Under the pieces are notes generated by a model that saw only the letters and a program-made list of their open reading frames with translations, ran no database searches and had not been told where the DNA came from. A stretch of DNA of 64,000 nt from Anolis carolinensis (lineage: Eukaryota), in assembly GCF_035594765.1 (NCBI RefSeq), contig NW_026943820.1, positions 5,960,647 to 6,024,646 on the forward strand. The letters are read 5' to 3'. The translations under genes were made by a program, and so were the position numbers. Every line of letters begins with the position of its first letter. Position 1 is the first letter of the stretch. Of the stretch, positions 51,163 to 63,864 are shown in pieces.

Positions 51163-51280
51163 GCAGTAGAGAGCATGTCAGTATTTTGCTTGAAAATGCA
51201 TTCAAAAAATGGATTTCAACTTGATCATGTTGTAGAGCAGTGGAACAAAAGGTTTGGCTCTGGCACACATGCTGTATTGG
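51163..51280 (+). CDS. TDRD12: TDRD12 exon
   Basis: AVESMSVFCLKMH...VVEQWNKRFGSG. Confidence 0.93.
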
Positions 51281-51473
51281 GTAAGTGAGGTTTTTGTGTG
51301 TTTGTTGTTTAGTCATTATCAATATCATAGTGACTTTTAATTTCACTACTGTATGTCTGAGATCACAAGATAATTAACGATGAGTATTTGTTGCACTTCT
51401 TGGATAATAGTTATTATAGGTGATACACATATTATTTGTTTTTGTGTGATACATTTTCTGATACTCTTTCCAG

Positions 51474-51613
51474 TTTTAACTGATGACTGCATGCCAGCCT
51501 TAGGAGTTACAGATGCAACGTGTGTCATTCATTTCAGTTTTCCTACATCTCCAAGAATCTTTGGTGCACGCTTATACTGCATGTCTGATCATTTCCAAAC
51601 CTCTATGGAAAAG
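51474..51613 (+). CDS. TDRD12: TDRD12 exon
   Basis: LTDDCMPALGVTDATCVIHFSFPTSPRIFGARLYCMSDHF. Confidence 0.95.
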
Positions 51614-52091
51614 GTCTGTATAAATCCTAGTTTATCATTGCAGAGTCCCATCCTGAAAAGCTATTGATGGGTTCACTTCTCCTACTTTATTGAACCTCTT
51701 AGTGAATCCATTACTGTGCTCTTCACTTCTTCTCCTGCAGTACCAAAAATCTCCGCATCACTGTCAAGAGCGTTTTCTCATTGCCCCTGATAGTAACTGA
51801 AGTTTTATGTCATTGCATTTTCCAAAATTTTCCCAGACTACTCATTTTCTAGGAGAGAAAAAAGCATGGGGTGTCTCTAATGTCATTTTATTGCATTGAT
51901 CATTTACTTCAGTCATTTACCTCAGTACCCGCTTCCATAGCCCTGGAATTCTCCCAGAGTCTGTCCTCCATAGAGTGGTAAGGATGACTGACGGGTAAAA
52001 GGAAGAAGCCAGGATTAGCATGAATATTCCCTCCCCACAACTGTAGAAAAAGAGCCTTCATGGTGGATTTTGTTTTCTTCCTCCTCTGAAG

Positions 52092-52312
52092 GTTTCACCT
52101 CTAGCAAAAGAGCAACCAAAGGCCAAATCCATATTGTTGTTGACAGAAAATAGTGCATGGCATACTGTTGGTGTATTAGATTACTTAAAACGTACAGAAG
52201 CCAACATTCCACCTGAATTACATGACTTTACATCTGGAGTGCTGGATGCCAAAGAAAATTGTAAGAGTGGGAAGCCTTTTTGTCGCTACCTGAAAGTGTA
52301 CGGCTTTTGCAA
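52092..52312 (+). CDS. TDRD12: TDRD12 exon (helicase end, start of CCCH finger)
   Basis: AKSILLLTE...VGVLDYLKR...PFCRYLKVYGFC. Confidence 0.93.
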
Positions 52313-52496
52313 GTAAGAACATTCTGAAGTTCTATTAAATCTAGCTGCCCTGTTACGTGATGCTTTATTGAGTTATAAAATACTAAGATTATTTATGAAA
52401 TGTCAAAAGTAAATGATGCTTGTCGCCCATAGTAGTCCTGAAATGGAGGGTGATTTGTAAAGCTCTGAAATGCTCATGTGGTTTCATCCTGAGATT

Positions 52497-52764
52497 GGAG
52501 CCCCCAGGTGGCGTAGTGGATTGACTTGAAGATTAGGTTGCTGATCTGCAAGCTGCCAGGTTTGAATCCCACCCGGGGAGAGCGTGGATGAGCTCCCTCT
52601 ATCAGCTCCAGCTCCATGCGGGGACATGAGAGAAGCCTCCCACAAGGATGATAAAAACATCAAAACATCTGGGCGTCCCCTGGGCAACGTCCTTGCAGAC
52701 GGCCAATTCTCTCACACCAGAAGTGACTTGCAGTTTTTCAAGTCGCTCCTGACACGAAAAAAAA
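52497..52764 (+). mobile_element. SINE2 copy, full length
   Basis: tRNA head, family body, A tail. Confidence 0.85.
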
Positions 52765-53120
52765 TCCTGAGATTGACCACCTTCTGAGGAATCATCACCT
52801 GTGTTTTGTTATAATTGTGAATATGCCTTGATTTGAAAGTAGCAAATACCAGCAGTAACTTATTAAATGCCTGTCCTAGTGAATCGTGCAGAAATACAGT
52901 GTGTGTTTGGATAATTTGTAGAATCATGGGAGACTTAAATGAGTTCAAATAATCATAGCAAACAAGTGCATAGTTTGAAAATAGGTTTTGTGGCATTTGT
53001 ATTTGATATTATGGATATCATGACGACTTATCACCTAAACATTACATGGTTTTTTGTTCCTTGCCAACATTAACTCTTTAAAGCCTGTGTGCAAAACTGT
53101 CAATTAATTATTTTAAACTA

Positions 53121-53424
53121 CAGTAGAGTCTCACTTATCCAACATAAGCGGGCCGGCAGAACATTGGATAAGCGAATATGTTGGATAATAAGGAGTGATT
53201 AAGGAAAAGCCTATTAAACATCAAATTAGGTTATGATTTTACAACTTAAGCACCAAAACATCATGTTATACAACAAATTTGACAGAAAAAGTAGATCAAT
53301 ACGCAGTAATGCTATGTAGTAATTACTGTATTTACAAATTTAGCACCAAAATATCACGATGCATTGAAAACATTGACTACAAAAATGCATTGGATAATCC
53401 AGAATGTTGGATAAGTGAGTACTG
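53121..53424. mobile_element. Tc1/pogo MITE
   Basis: Same TIR family; TA flanks. Confidence 0.85.
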
Positions 53425-53452
53425 TACTTCATTCTCCTTTCTAAATCTGCAG

Positions 53453-53552
53453 GGATAAAAAACGCTGCCCTGATAGACATCGAATTAGTTTACAAGTAGA
53501 TTTCCCCAAAGGAGAGAGAAATAGCACTCAGCCAACAGCTGGAAACGTAACT
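53453..53552 (+). CDS. TDRD12: TDRD12 exon (end of CCCH finger)
   Basis: KDKKRCPDRHRI. Confidence 0.93.
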
Positions 53553-54419
53553 GTGAGTTAATGAAAGAGTTTCATTGTTGCTTCTTAATTGCGGACAGAG
53601 AAATCCACTTAGCCACAACACTGATTTTTTAAAAAAAAATAAGTCACTGAGTCTTTGAGATAATTTCATCCGATGTGACAAAAAATACTTTATCCGAAAA
53701 CTCTGTGTTCATACAATGGGGACTGTACAGTTGGATAGAAAGAAGGAGGTGGAAAGGTCTGGTTTAAAGCAGGTTTTGCAAGTGAGAAAAGCCGAGTCCC
53801 ATTGTCCTCCCCAGACTTTGGGATGTTGATATTGGAAATGAGCTGATTTTACCAACTGAAAACAATTCAGGGAGATAAGCCTTGAAAGATCAAGGTCCCC
53901 TTTTCCATGCTGTTCTTTTTCCCTTTTAATTTGGATCCCACACTTCATTGTTCTACATCAAGCCTGGGCCAACTTCAGCCCTCCCTTCGGCTGTTTTGGA
54001 TTTCAACTCCTACAATTCCTAACAGCCGGTGGGAGTTGAAGTCCAAAACACCTGGAGGGCCGAAGTTTGCTTGTGCTTTGTTTACATTGAAGAAGCCTTT
54101 TCCAGCAACAGGAAAGTACGGGAAGCCACTTTCTGTGTACTTCTTGTTTTAGAAAAAGGGTCTTTGCAGTCTCTTTAAAAACATAAGGAACAATAGTGTA
54201 GCCAAAAGGCCTATGTGATTGGCCCCTGGGAGGTCAATGAGGGCCATAGCAATGACCATGGGAGCCATGTGCAGGCCACAGCTAACATTTTGCTCACAGG
54301 GTTCATGAATTCTTAATATCGGGGGGGGGGGGGGGGGGAGGTGTGTTTTCATTTAAATCCAGTGGAAATCTTCCATTGCCTGTCTTTAAGCATGCGGCTC
54401 CTTATTTCTGCTCTTTCAG

Positions 54420-54607
54420 ATCCTGCCTCTGTTTATCGTGGATGCTACAAACTACTTCGGCCGCATAGTAGATAAAACAAAGGATCAATATACTGCTCTA
54501 GAAAAAGAGATGCATCAATATTATAAGAAATCCAGTAATTGCATCTCTGTTAGTTTGGTGGAAAAGCTTGCCTTATATGGAGTACATGAGAAAAATTATA
54601 TTCATAG
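54420..54607 (+). CDS. TDRD12: TDRD12 exon (extended Tudor 2)
   Basis: ILPLFIVDATNYFGRIVDK...LYGVHEKNYIHR. Confidence 0.95.
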
Positions 54608-55197
54608 GTTAGTGCTTGATCTTGAAATAACTTTAAAATATACGCACACAGAGACACACAAATACATATTTCAGAATAGATTTGCACTGTGATTGATGGC
54701 TAGAACAAGGGGGTTGACTTTTGCTGGCCTAAAACATAGTTGCTTAAGTGTAGTAGTACCTTTATGGGCCTCACACAAATGAATTCTTGATTTCTCCATT
54801 GCAACCGCTTTGAGCCAGTATTACAGGGGCATCCAGGTTATCCCCAATGCAGCTTTGCCAACTCACCTGTAGCTGTTGCAGTCAGAGAGGAATAGGATCA
54901 GAGTTGGAAGAAACCACAAGGGCCACCCAGTCTGACCACCTGGCATGGAGGATCACACAATCAAATCCTCCTGATAGATGGCCAACCAGTCTCTGATTCA
55001 AAACCATTGCCATGATTCCTTTCCCAAAGGCCAAGCTGATATTTTGCCTAGACACACACTCCTATGGCCAGTCAGAGGCCATGGAAGAAGCTGTGCACAG
55101 GCTCTGCCTCACTGACCCTGCCTTTGTCTAACCTGGTCTATGAGTTTGAGATTGATCTTGGCCTCTCTGGTCTGTTATCATGGACATTATTCAATAG

Positions 55198-55466
55198 AAG
55201 CTGGAGATAATTGTGGAACTTGTTTCCAAAAGGTACCAAATCCATCTGAACAACTTTTACAGAAATCGGAAAAAATCATATTTTAAGGATATGCATTCTT
55301 TTGTTATAAAATGCAATTTTCCAAGCCATTTAACAATGATATTTGATACATTTTGATCTGTACATAATATTCTACTCCTAGCCAGCAATGTGCTGTCACC
55401 TATAACGTATTTTTCAATTTTATTTGGTACCTTTTGGAAACAAACTCCAAAATTGTGCAGCTCCAT
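55198..55466. mobile_element. MITE-like element with long inverted ends
   Basis: tgtttccaaaaggtaccaaat / atttggtaccttttggaaaca inverted pair. Confidence 0.55.
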
Positions 55467-55681
55467 GATATGCAGCCTAAGGTACACAAAAGGATCGTTA
55501 CTCTAGACCTCAGGCATCAATTTGTGAACTGCCACCTGTCTTTGGCCGCTTAGCAGAGAGAGATGTGGAGGGGAGATTGCACATGTTTAGGAACTCTTAG
55601 AAAGAAATTGTTCAACAAAAAACTTACAGAGCTATCTGTTTAGTTTTAGTGACTGCAGTTTTCCCATTTCTTTTCTTACAG

Positions 55682-55892
55682 GGTTCAGGTGTTACAAATT
55701 GCACCCAAAGAAGGGAAATGTGTGTTTTATAGTATTCATGTCAAGTATATAGATGAAGGCAGAACTGGCCAAGTTCAAAATTATCAGTTGCTTTCTTTAC
55801 CGGAGCATTTTCAGGTGTTGCCTCCTCAAGCGGTGGAATTCATTGTCTGCCGTGTGAAACCCATTGATAATGAAGCAGAGTGGAACCCAAAG
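55682..55892 (+). CDS. TDRD12: TDRD12 exon (Tudor 2) with GC donor
   Basis: YIDEGRTG...[25 protein letters not shown]|GCAAGT. Confidence 0.92.
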
Positions 55893-56561
55893 GCAAGTCT
55901 ACTCTTGTTCATATTCTTTTTTTTCTGGGCCAATGAATCATTTGCAAACATTTCCCTTACATATGCATACGTTGGCATTCTACTCCTTCTTCCTCTGCAG
56001 CCCCCAAAGCCACTGCCGCCCAAGGCACTGAAAAACATTAAAACTCACATGTACTTTGTTGCAAATAAGTAGCATCAAAAAGCCTTTGTAGTCAGATCCA
56101 AAACAATGACATCAACTCTAAGACCCTGATTTCATCACTCAGCTACCATTAACCAGAAAAAAAATTGGTTGAAATTGTTCTAAGTAATAGAATATTTCCG
56201 TATTTTGGATGCCTCCTATAGATGTGGGCAAAACTTCGGGAGAGAATGTTTCTGGAACATGGCCATACAGCCCGGAAAACTCACAGCAACTTGGAACTAA
56301 AGAAGAGGGCAGCATTACTTTTGAGCAATAATAAAAGAACTCCAAGTTCATTGCAAGGCAGTGTGATGTAGAAACGGGCATTTTTTCCTAATTTAGCTGG
56401 GATTGCTACCATAATTGTGCCATATTATTACATGTTCATACAGTTTCTTTCAAATTTGCGGTGGATTTGCAGCTGCTAACTTGGAAACTGGCATACAAGT
56501 TATACAAGTGTGAGATATCCTCTTGTCCTCTGAAAATCGTGTTGTTGCTGTTTTGGATTAG

Positions 56562-56654
56562 GTGAATAGATACATAAACCACAAGATCAAAGGACAACTA
56601 CATGAAGCAAAAATAGTACATACTCTAAACAATACGATTTGGGTGGATCCAGTG
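56562..56654 (+). CDS. TDRD12: TDRD12 exon
   Basis: VNRYINHKIKGQLHEAKIVHTLNNTIWVDPV. Confidence 0.95.
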
Positions 56655-57168
56655 GTATGTAATTCAACTTCCTTGATTGTTTTCCCCCCCTCATCTTTGA
56701 CTTCTTTTCTCCATAATGAGGACTAAAGATAACTTATTAAATGTTCCATCTACTGTAATTTTCTTCCAAATACAATGTAGAAATTCATAATGCAATTTCT
56801 TCTAGCTTCCTTGTTATATCTGACTAACAGTAAAATCAGTTGTCTCTGGCTTTGTGTCTGCAACATCAGGTCTCTACCTGGGACATAATAATTATAATCA
56901 CGCCATTACTGTACTTGAAATTCTCATTTGAGAAAAGATCATCATATGCACAAAAATGCTTTCTGCAATTTATAGTTCGGTTTTTAAGATGCATTTAAAA
57001 CTCACATTTTTATTATTGAATTGTGAGCTGATAAGCCAGTTCAGTTCATTGTTATGGTCATAGGGTGATGAACAAGATGGAGGGAAGTAACAATATGATA
57101 AAACAGAGTAGTGGTAGTTACCACTGGTGTTAAAACAAATGTAACTGATAACAAAACTTTATTTCTAG

Positions 57169-57338
57169 GTTCGAGTCACCAAACTTCCAGATCTGAAAAC
57201 ATATATAAATGAATACAATATTCGCTCTGAAATCCTAGCTACCGGTTTTGGAGTCGATAATCCTGAGCACATATGTGAACTCCAGAGGTTGTTTAGAGAA
57301 GCAGAAATAGCCTTTGAGAAAAAAGACATGCCTGCATT
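57169..57338 (+). CDS. TDRD12: TDRD12 exon
   Basis: YNIRSEILATGFGVDNPEHI. Confidence 0.93.
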
Positions 57339-58380
57339 GTAAGGGGATGGCCTTGTATTCTTATTTTTTTTGAATGAATGATGTTTTGGTTCTGTAAACT
57401 TTGCAACTGGTTAGGATTGGAGTGCACTTGAAATTAAGCAATTGTTCACCATTCTTTTCTTGTTTTTTTCTGGTCTAATAGTCCAGTTAGTGGCATACAT
57501 GTGCAGAAATTACACAAGGCATGAGGAACCTAAAGGTCTCCATCCTACAATGGGCATATATATGCCTATGCTGGGATGAGTGGGGAGGTCTTAATTTGAG
57601 ATTGGTGTGATATTTGAGCCTATATTTGCTTTCTTTTTTGTGGTCTCTGTGCCTTACATCATTGCACAGATCCACCTACAGAATGTTCCAGAGCAACTTT
57701 CTGACAGTTGCACCATCCCCCTGGGAAGCATGGTCTATGGTGTCAAAAGTTAGTTCTTTCCAATTCCTTTTTTGTCCAATGCCCAATTGACTTCAATCTT
57801 CTTTAACTTTTGTTTTTAAATCTCCTTTCCCTGTGATCACCAGCTTCACTGATGTTTTCTTCCCATCTTTTTGGATGGCCTCAAAGGCCTTCAAGTTCTT
57901 CACCTTGTGTGGGGGAAATATTCCCTTGTTGGCATGCATGTTGGCTGCCTTTTGTGTCTCAGGGAAGATCACTGGTCAAATTCCTGCTCTTATCTATAGT
58001 GGCTTCATGAGCTGGCCTCTAACAAATTGGATTTCTAAGCTCTCTCAAAGCTGCTGATAGAGCAGCAAAGAACTGACTGCTTCACACTGCTTCAGCAAAC
58101 AGCAATCGGTGACATCAATCCTCAAAAATCCCTCAACTTTCGTCAAGATGCATGCAGTCTCCAGAGACCAAAGCCTGGTCAGCTCTGCCTTTACTGTCGC
58201 AAACATCTCAGGATAGGCCCAAGATGCTCACATTTTCTCTGATGCTGGAAAAGTTTGTCCTTTTGTCACAAGTAAGATAAAGAAATCCCATGGTCCCTCA
58301 TTCAGCGTCATTGCTAATTCTGATACTGACATATTGATTGAATTCATCCAGGCCTTTACTTTTGCTCAACCAACTGACTA

Positions 58381-58630
58381 GGAGCCTCGGTGGTGCAATG
58401 GGTTAAGCCCTTGGCTGAACTGCTGACCTGAAGGTTGCCAGTTTGAATCCTCGAGATGGGGTGAGCTCCTGTCTGTCAGCTCTAGCTTGCAGGAGTATGA
58501 GAGAACCCTCCCAGCAGGATGGTAACACATCCAGGCGTCCCCTGGGCATCGTCTCTGTAGATGGCCAAATCTCTCACACCAGAAGCGCTTTGCAGTATGC
58601 TCCCAAGTTGCTTCTGACACGATTTAAAAA
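58381..58630 (+). mobile_element. SINE2 copy
   Basis: Family similarity. Confidence 0.8.
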
Positions 58631-59291
58631 ACCCAACAGACTTATACCAAAGGCCAATGGGTCCCAGGGATTCCCCCAGTTTTATGACCCGAATTAGACC
58701 AATCCTTGGCAGAACAGTCTGCGGACTTTGACTCTCCTTAGTAGATAACTCCCAAGATAACCAGCTTCTATCCAGGCAACCAAACCATCTGACTTCATCA
58801 CTGTATGGGGACTTGATACTTTATTCTCAGGTCACCCTGATTTCTATTCAGCAAATCTCTTGCATGGTAAGGGAACACTCCAAGTTCATGGCCTATATAA
58901 ATATGTCTCCTGACTCTCAAGACCATATTCCTCGTCGTGCTCATCGCACACGGTGATTCAGCAAACTCCATCATTTGAACTCTCTCCTTATGCGACCTTT
59001 CATAGTGACAAGATGGTCCTCTGTCTTGACCTGGCTTTTCCACCAACAATTACTCTTCACCAAGATGCAGTCCTTCTGTCTGCGCCCTGGATATTTGCAG
59101 GGTCCTTACTTTTTACAGGACCGTCACTGCTCAGCTCTGGAACATTCTATAGATGGATTGGCACGTGTGCAAGACCCAGTTATAACCTGTCCTTCTGCTG
59201 GGCAGAGAAACACATTTAGTTTCCAAGGAACAAGATGAGAAGCCTATATTCTACAAAGCCCACTGTGCTGCTTCCCTCCTTCCTTTTGCAG

Positions 59292-59479
59292 AAACGGTCC
59301 TCTGAAAGGTGAAACCAGTGAGCAGGCCACATGGGCTTCACTCAGCATCTTTGACCAGACTACTCCCAACTCACAGACCACTGAGGAACCGGTCCTGCCC
59401 AGTGTACAGAATACAAAAGAGAAAGATGCTGCTATTATCAAGGAGAGCGATTCTCAAGTAACTTTGCCAAACCACTGTA
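59292..59479 (+). CDS. TDRD12: TDRD12 candidate linker exon
   Basis: Strong acceptor; open S/T/E-rich frame; GTAAGT donor; phase-compatible on both sides. Confidence 0.7.
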
Positions 59480-59921
59480 GTAAGTAAGCTGCCTTGGGAA
59501 GAGTGTTATTGTGAAAGATAGGATATAAAATCAAAACAAATCCAATCATAATCAGGAAGGATTCATATAAAGAGCTAATAGAATACATTTTAATTGTTAC
59601 CTTACTTTGTCTAAAACTGCAGCCGTTTAGCTATCACTGAACTGTATTATTGTATGTCTTTACCTCTAAACACAGATAGCTTATTCAAAAAATATAGAAA
59701 CAAAAGTTATATTTATATAATAAAAGAAATGTTATATGGATATAATTATATATTCTTGCTTGTAAAAACTAGGCTGTATATAACCCTGGTTTCTAGTAAC
59801 TGCTGTATGAGAGGATAGTAGTTCCTCTATAAAAGGCCTTTGCTATAATAGAATCAATTTTTTCCTGGTAAGGTTTATTCTATTTTTATTTCTTCTTAAT
59901 TTTTTGTATTCCTTAATTTAG

Positions 59922-59976
59922 ATGGAATGGTTCAACGGGAGGAAGGACATCACTCTCTCCAACCTGCTGATGCATG
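59922..59976 (+). CDS. TDRD12: TDRD12 candidate linker exon
   Basis: GMVQREEGHHSLQPADA; phase 1-2 bridges its neighbours. Confidence 0.65.
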
Positions 59977-60473
59977 GTATTTGGATTTTATTTCTTTGTT
60001 CTTAATGCATCACATAAATAAAATATTATATATGTAACATGCACCATCTTAAGGCTTAGAAAAATCTTAATTTCTTTTCAGTTTTGTTCTTCTTTAGCCA
60101 AATGCCAATTCTATATTATTTCAGAAATATATCTCTGTATGAGGGAGGGAGATTCACAAAGCTGGAGTCAGCCTATTGGGGATTTCATTTAGTACCAATT
60201 CCTGGTTAAAATAAGGCATAAAGACCATTTTATTGGCAGGTTCCTTGTAATCATCTGTTACTGTCAGGTTTTGTAGAAATGTTCTCTCAGATATAACTTG
60301 ATGGCTTCTTACGGAAGTCTCAGGATTACAGAGTTGGAAGGAATTCTGATTCTCTGCATTTAAGGACATTGAACTGTTAAGGAACTCGGAACTCTGAGAG
60401 GTTATTAAAATAAGCCTCCATTGTATTTTAAAATCACAAGAGATGTAACTATTATTTTTTTTTAAAAATCCAG

Positions 60474-60587
60474 CTTGCATCCAGCAATAAAGTGGTTTGA
60501 AAAAGAAGATGTGGTTGTTCTGAAGATAAAAGTGCAAAACATCACTAATCACGACTGCAAGTTTTTTACACAGAGGATAATGTTCAG
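60474..60587 (+). CDS. TDRD12: TDRD12 exon (CS / p23-like domain)
   Basis: [22 protein letters not shown]...RIMFS. Confidence 0.88.
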
Positions 60588-60668
60588 GTAAGGAAAAACA
60601 CATTAGTATAAATTTAGATTGTGATTTTTATCTCTCTGTGATAAGCTAATAATGGTCAACCTGTTTAG

Positions 60669-60822
60669 TGGTTCTGCGGAAGGCAAGTTTTATTTGGCTG
60701 ATCTGGAACTGCAAGAAAACATTGTTGAGGAAAAATCCAGATGTGTCCTTCGAGGCAATGAGGTGGTTGTTAGCCTTGCAAAGGAGAAGAAGGGATCTTG
60801 GTGTCGTTTGCTGAAACAGAAG
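60669..60822 (+). CDS. TDRD12: TDRD12 exon (CS domain)
   Basis: FYLADLELQENIVEEKS...VSLAKEKKGSWCRLLKQK. Confidence 0.88.
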
Positions 60823-60901
60823 GTTGGTATTAAACTCAAGAGGTGTTTACAGGACTTTTGGAAAATGGCACTGTATACTGAAGTTGTGTATTCATCAACA
60901 G

Positions 60902-60971
60902 AACCCACATGTGTCTTTTGATTTCGATTACCTGGAAGACGATTCTGAAGAAAGTGGTTTCCCTATTTCTG
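60902..60971 (+). CDS. TDRD12: TDRD12 exon
   Basis: NPHVSFDFDYLEDDSEE, p23-like tail; follows a 79-nt intron. Confidence 0.85.
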
Positions 60972-61400
60972 GTAAGTGATCACTACATTTCATGCATACG
61001 TTATTCAGTGGCGGTTATCAAGAAATGAAGCACTTCTCTCTTTTGCTTTATAACAGGCGAGAGGACTTGAAACAAGGGGCCCTGAAGCTTCACATTCTAA
61101 AAATAAAAACCCTTTTGCCCAAAAGGCCCTTTAGGGACTGCAGGGCATTTTTGCGCTCTTTGGGACCTCTTCTGGAACATTTTCAGCCCAAAAGATTTAT
61201 TTCCACAGCAGGATGGTTTCTTTGTATTTCATTTTTTAATTTGATTGCATAAGTAGAGTATAACTGTCACCATTATATTACAGAAGTATTAAAGAAACCA
61301 AATCAACCTGTACAAGGAATAGAGATTACGTAGTCTTCTGGTATAGCTCAATTTCTACTATTTTCGAATTCCATTTTAGTCTCTTACTTATACCTATCTC

Positions 61401-61875
61401 ATTATTATTATTGACACAATGACACAGTATGACACAGCAAACAAGATATATATGCTGTATTTTGTATCACAAAATCACAAGTTGAACACTTCCAAAGCGT
61501 TTAGGACTGTGTGATGTATTTTCGGATGATGCCCGCAGATCCCAGTAAGGTGGCCTTTTGCAGTTGACAGATCGTAATTTTGTTAATCTTTATTGTTTTC
61601 TAATTCCGGCTGAGATTTTTTGGCACAACACTCAGTGCACCAATTACCACCAGGACCACCTGTACTGGTTTATGCCAGAGCCTTTGAAGTTCGATTTTGA
61701 GGTCCTGATAACGGCTGAGTATTTCTTGTTTTTTGTCAATTTGACTGTCACCTGGTATGGCGACATCAATAATCCAAACTTTTTTCTTTTCCACAACCAT
61801 GAGGTCTGGTGTATTGTGTTCTAAAACTTTGCCAGTCTGGATTTGAAAGTCCCACAGTATTTTTGCATGCTTTTG
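61401..61875 (-). mobile_element. R4/Dong-clade LINE 3' fragment (restriction-like endonuclease)
   Basis: KILWDFQIQT..HNTPDLMVVEKKKVWIIDVAIPGD..YQDLKIELQRLW..VVIGAL; (TAA)n 3' tail. Confidence 0.85.
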
Positions 61876-62544
61876 TTGTTGTTGCTGTTGCTGTTATTTT
61901 CCCTACCACACCTCCCTCTGGGAATAGTTGTGATTCAATTTCTGCTTATATTCTATTTGTTGGATCATGGATATGGTTTGACTTAGTTCCTTGAATTTTC
62001 TTTTTCTCTTCACTTTGGCTATCAGTTCTTTCCAATTCAAGACCGAGTTGAAGACTGTAAGACATCCATTTACTTTTTTTCCTTTCAGTAATATGACCCT
62101 GGAGCATATAGTCTGCTAAATATTTGTACAATTTTTATATCCAATTGTTTGTAATATTTCCATTCCATTTTCATGACCCAAGGCCCCAAAACTGGGTCAA
62201 AATAACTCCCAGGCCTCATCTGACCCTCACAAGACAAGATATTCTGCAGCAGACTGGGCAAATGTATTATTTGTATTTCTTTTTTGTGGTCTCCATGACT
62301 TTAACAAATGGGTTATTTACGCCTGCAGAGTGCATAACTTTTAGGGCTTGTTCTCCAGCACTATATTTCCCCAAGTTGCTGCCTGTGGAAACTGTCCCAT
62401 AGGGATATTAAGAACTGGCCTGGCTCCTCTTTTGCCATGCTGTATGGTTCCAAAATGTTCTAAACGTATACCTTTGTTAACATGTGCAGAGAAGAGTTTT
62501 TATAAATGTGTGTGCAATGTATTTCTTTCTTCCATTACACATAG

Positions 62545-62642
62545 ATCCTGAGGGAATGTTCAAAGCTTACAGAATGTCATGGGAACTGGAACAAGAATCC
62601 TTTGATGAAAGCGAGACAGATAGCGATGCATCGACTTGTTAA
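62545..62642 (+). CDS. TDRD12: TDRD12 probable last coding exon (acidic tail)
   Basis: DPEGMFKAYRMSWELEQESFDESETDSDASTC*; phase-compatible. Confidence 0.7.
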
Positions 62643-63864
62643 TCCCGATTTGGAATTGAAGATCTGGATATCGTATTTCACATAATGAAAAGATAATTTT
62701 AGATTTTACAACGGGCATTTAAACTTTGTCAGTTGAAACAGTGGGTGTCATTCCCGTAAGTGGTAGAATCTCAGCTTTTCAGTCATCAGGAAAAGTTAAG
62801 GATTTTGAAAAAGTCAAGCGATTGGAAATATTTGCTCTTTGACAAATGTCATAAAACTGTAATCCTTCAAATGTTTATTTGGAAATGCGTTCAACTAGTT
62901 GCCTTGAGATTTAATTTCATGTAGGCAAAAGGAAGTGTATTTAGTTAAGAATAATAGCAGTAACAGCACACTGTAATGGAAATACCTTCGGTAGGTAAAT
63001 ATATTAATTAATATTGGCTGATATTCACAATCGCAATTTCAAATGAATTGCTTGGAGTTACACATCCATAACTGATTTGTATTCACAATTCTTTTTAATT
63101 CAGTTGGGTAGGAATATTAGATATATAGTATGTGCAGAAAATCTTTTGTGTTCAGAAAATGAGAAGATTTGATTTGTTTGAAACCTGTTTGGAGAAAAGA
63201 TTTCAAGTTGTGTAATGCATTTGTTGTGCCAGTCTAAACATCTCAGGCCCCTTCTACACAGCTGTATAAAATCTACATTATCTGCTTTGAACTGGATTAT
63301 ATGGCAGTGTAGAAGGGGTCTCAGTCTCCTCCTTGCAAGATGAGAAGTAACACTAAAAATAAATCTCACTTCCCTTGAAATCTTACAATTGGAAGCTGAT
63401 AGTGAATTACATTCAGAACATGTACATATTCTCCTGGATTGGCACAAGATTGCAATGACACTCCTGGCCTTGGAGTAAATGGAATTGTTACTTTATCCTC
63501 CTCATCAGTAGTCCTTTGCATGTTCCTCACTCCTACAGAGTAGCTACACAAATCTAGGAACTTGCTAAATCTCCTGTTGCATCTCTGCATAGTAGAAAAG
63601 GGCCATAGTTATGAAGAACTGATAGAACTACAAGTTATGTTATAAAATCCTCCAATTTATCTCTCATTAATTGACACCGACGGGTGCCTAAAGCAACTTA
63701 AGAGTTCTGTTTTCTTCTAGTATATTGATACATCCGTATGTTATAGTTTTCTCTCATTTGACCTACAGTAAAAGAATGTTCTTCAAATTTAAACCAGTAT
63801 TGGATAAAAACTGACTTAAACTGCTGCTTCACAGCATAATATACATTTAAGTGATTTAAAAGCA

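Noticed and set aside
61946-62470. Protein-like short minus-strand frames in the last TDRD12 intron
   Set aside because: Interrupted by stops in all frames, with no recognisable homology or consistent splice sites
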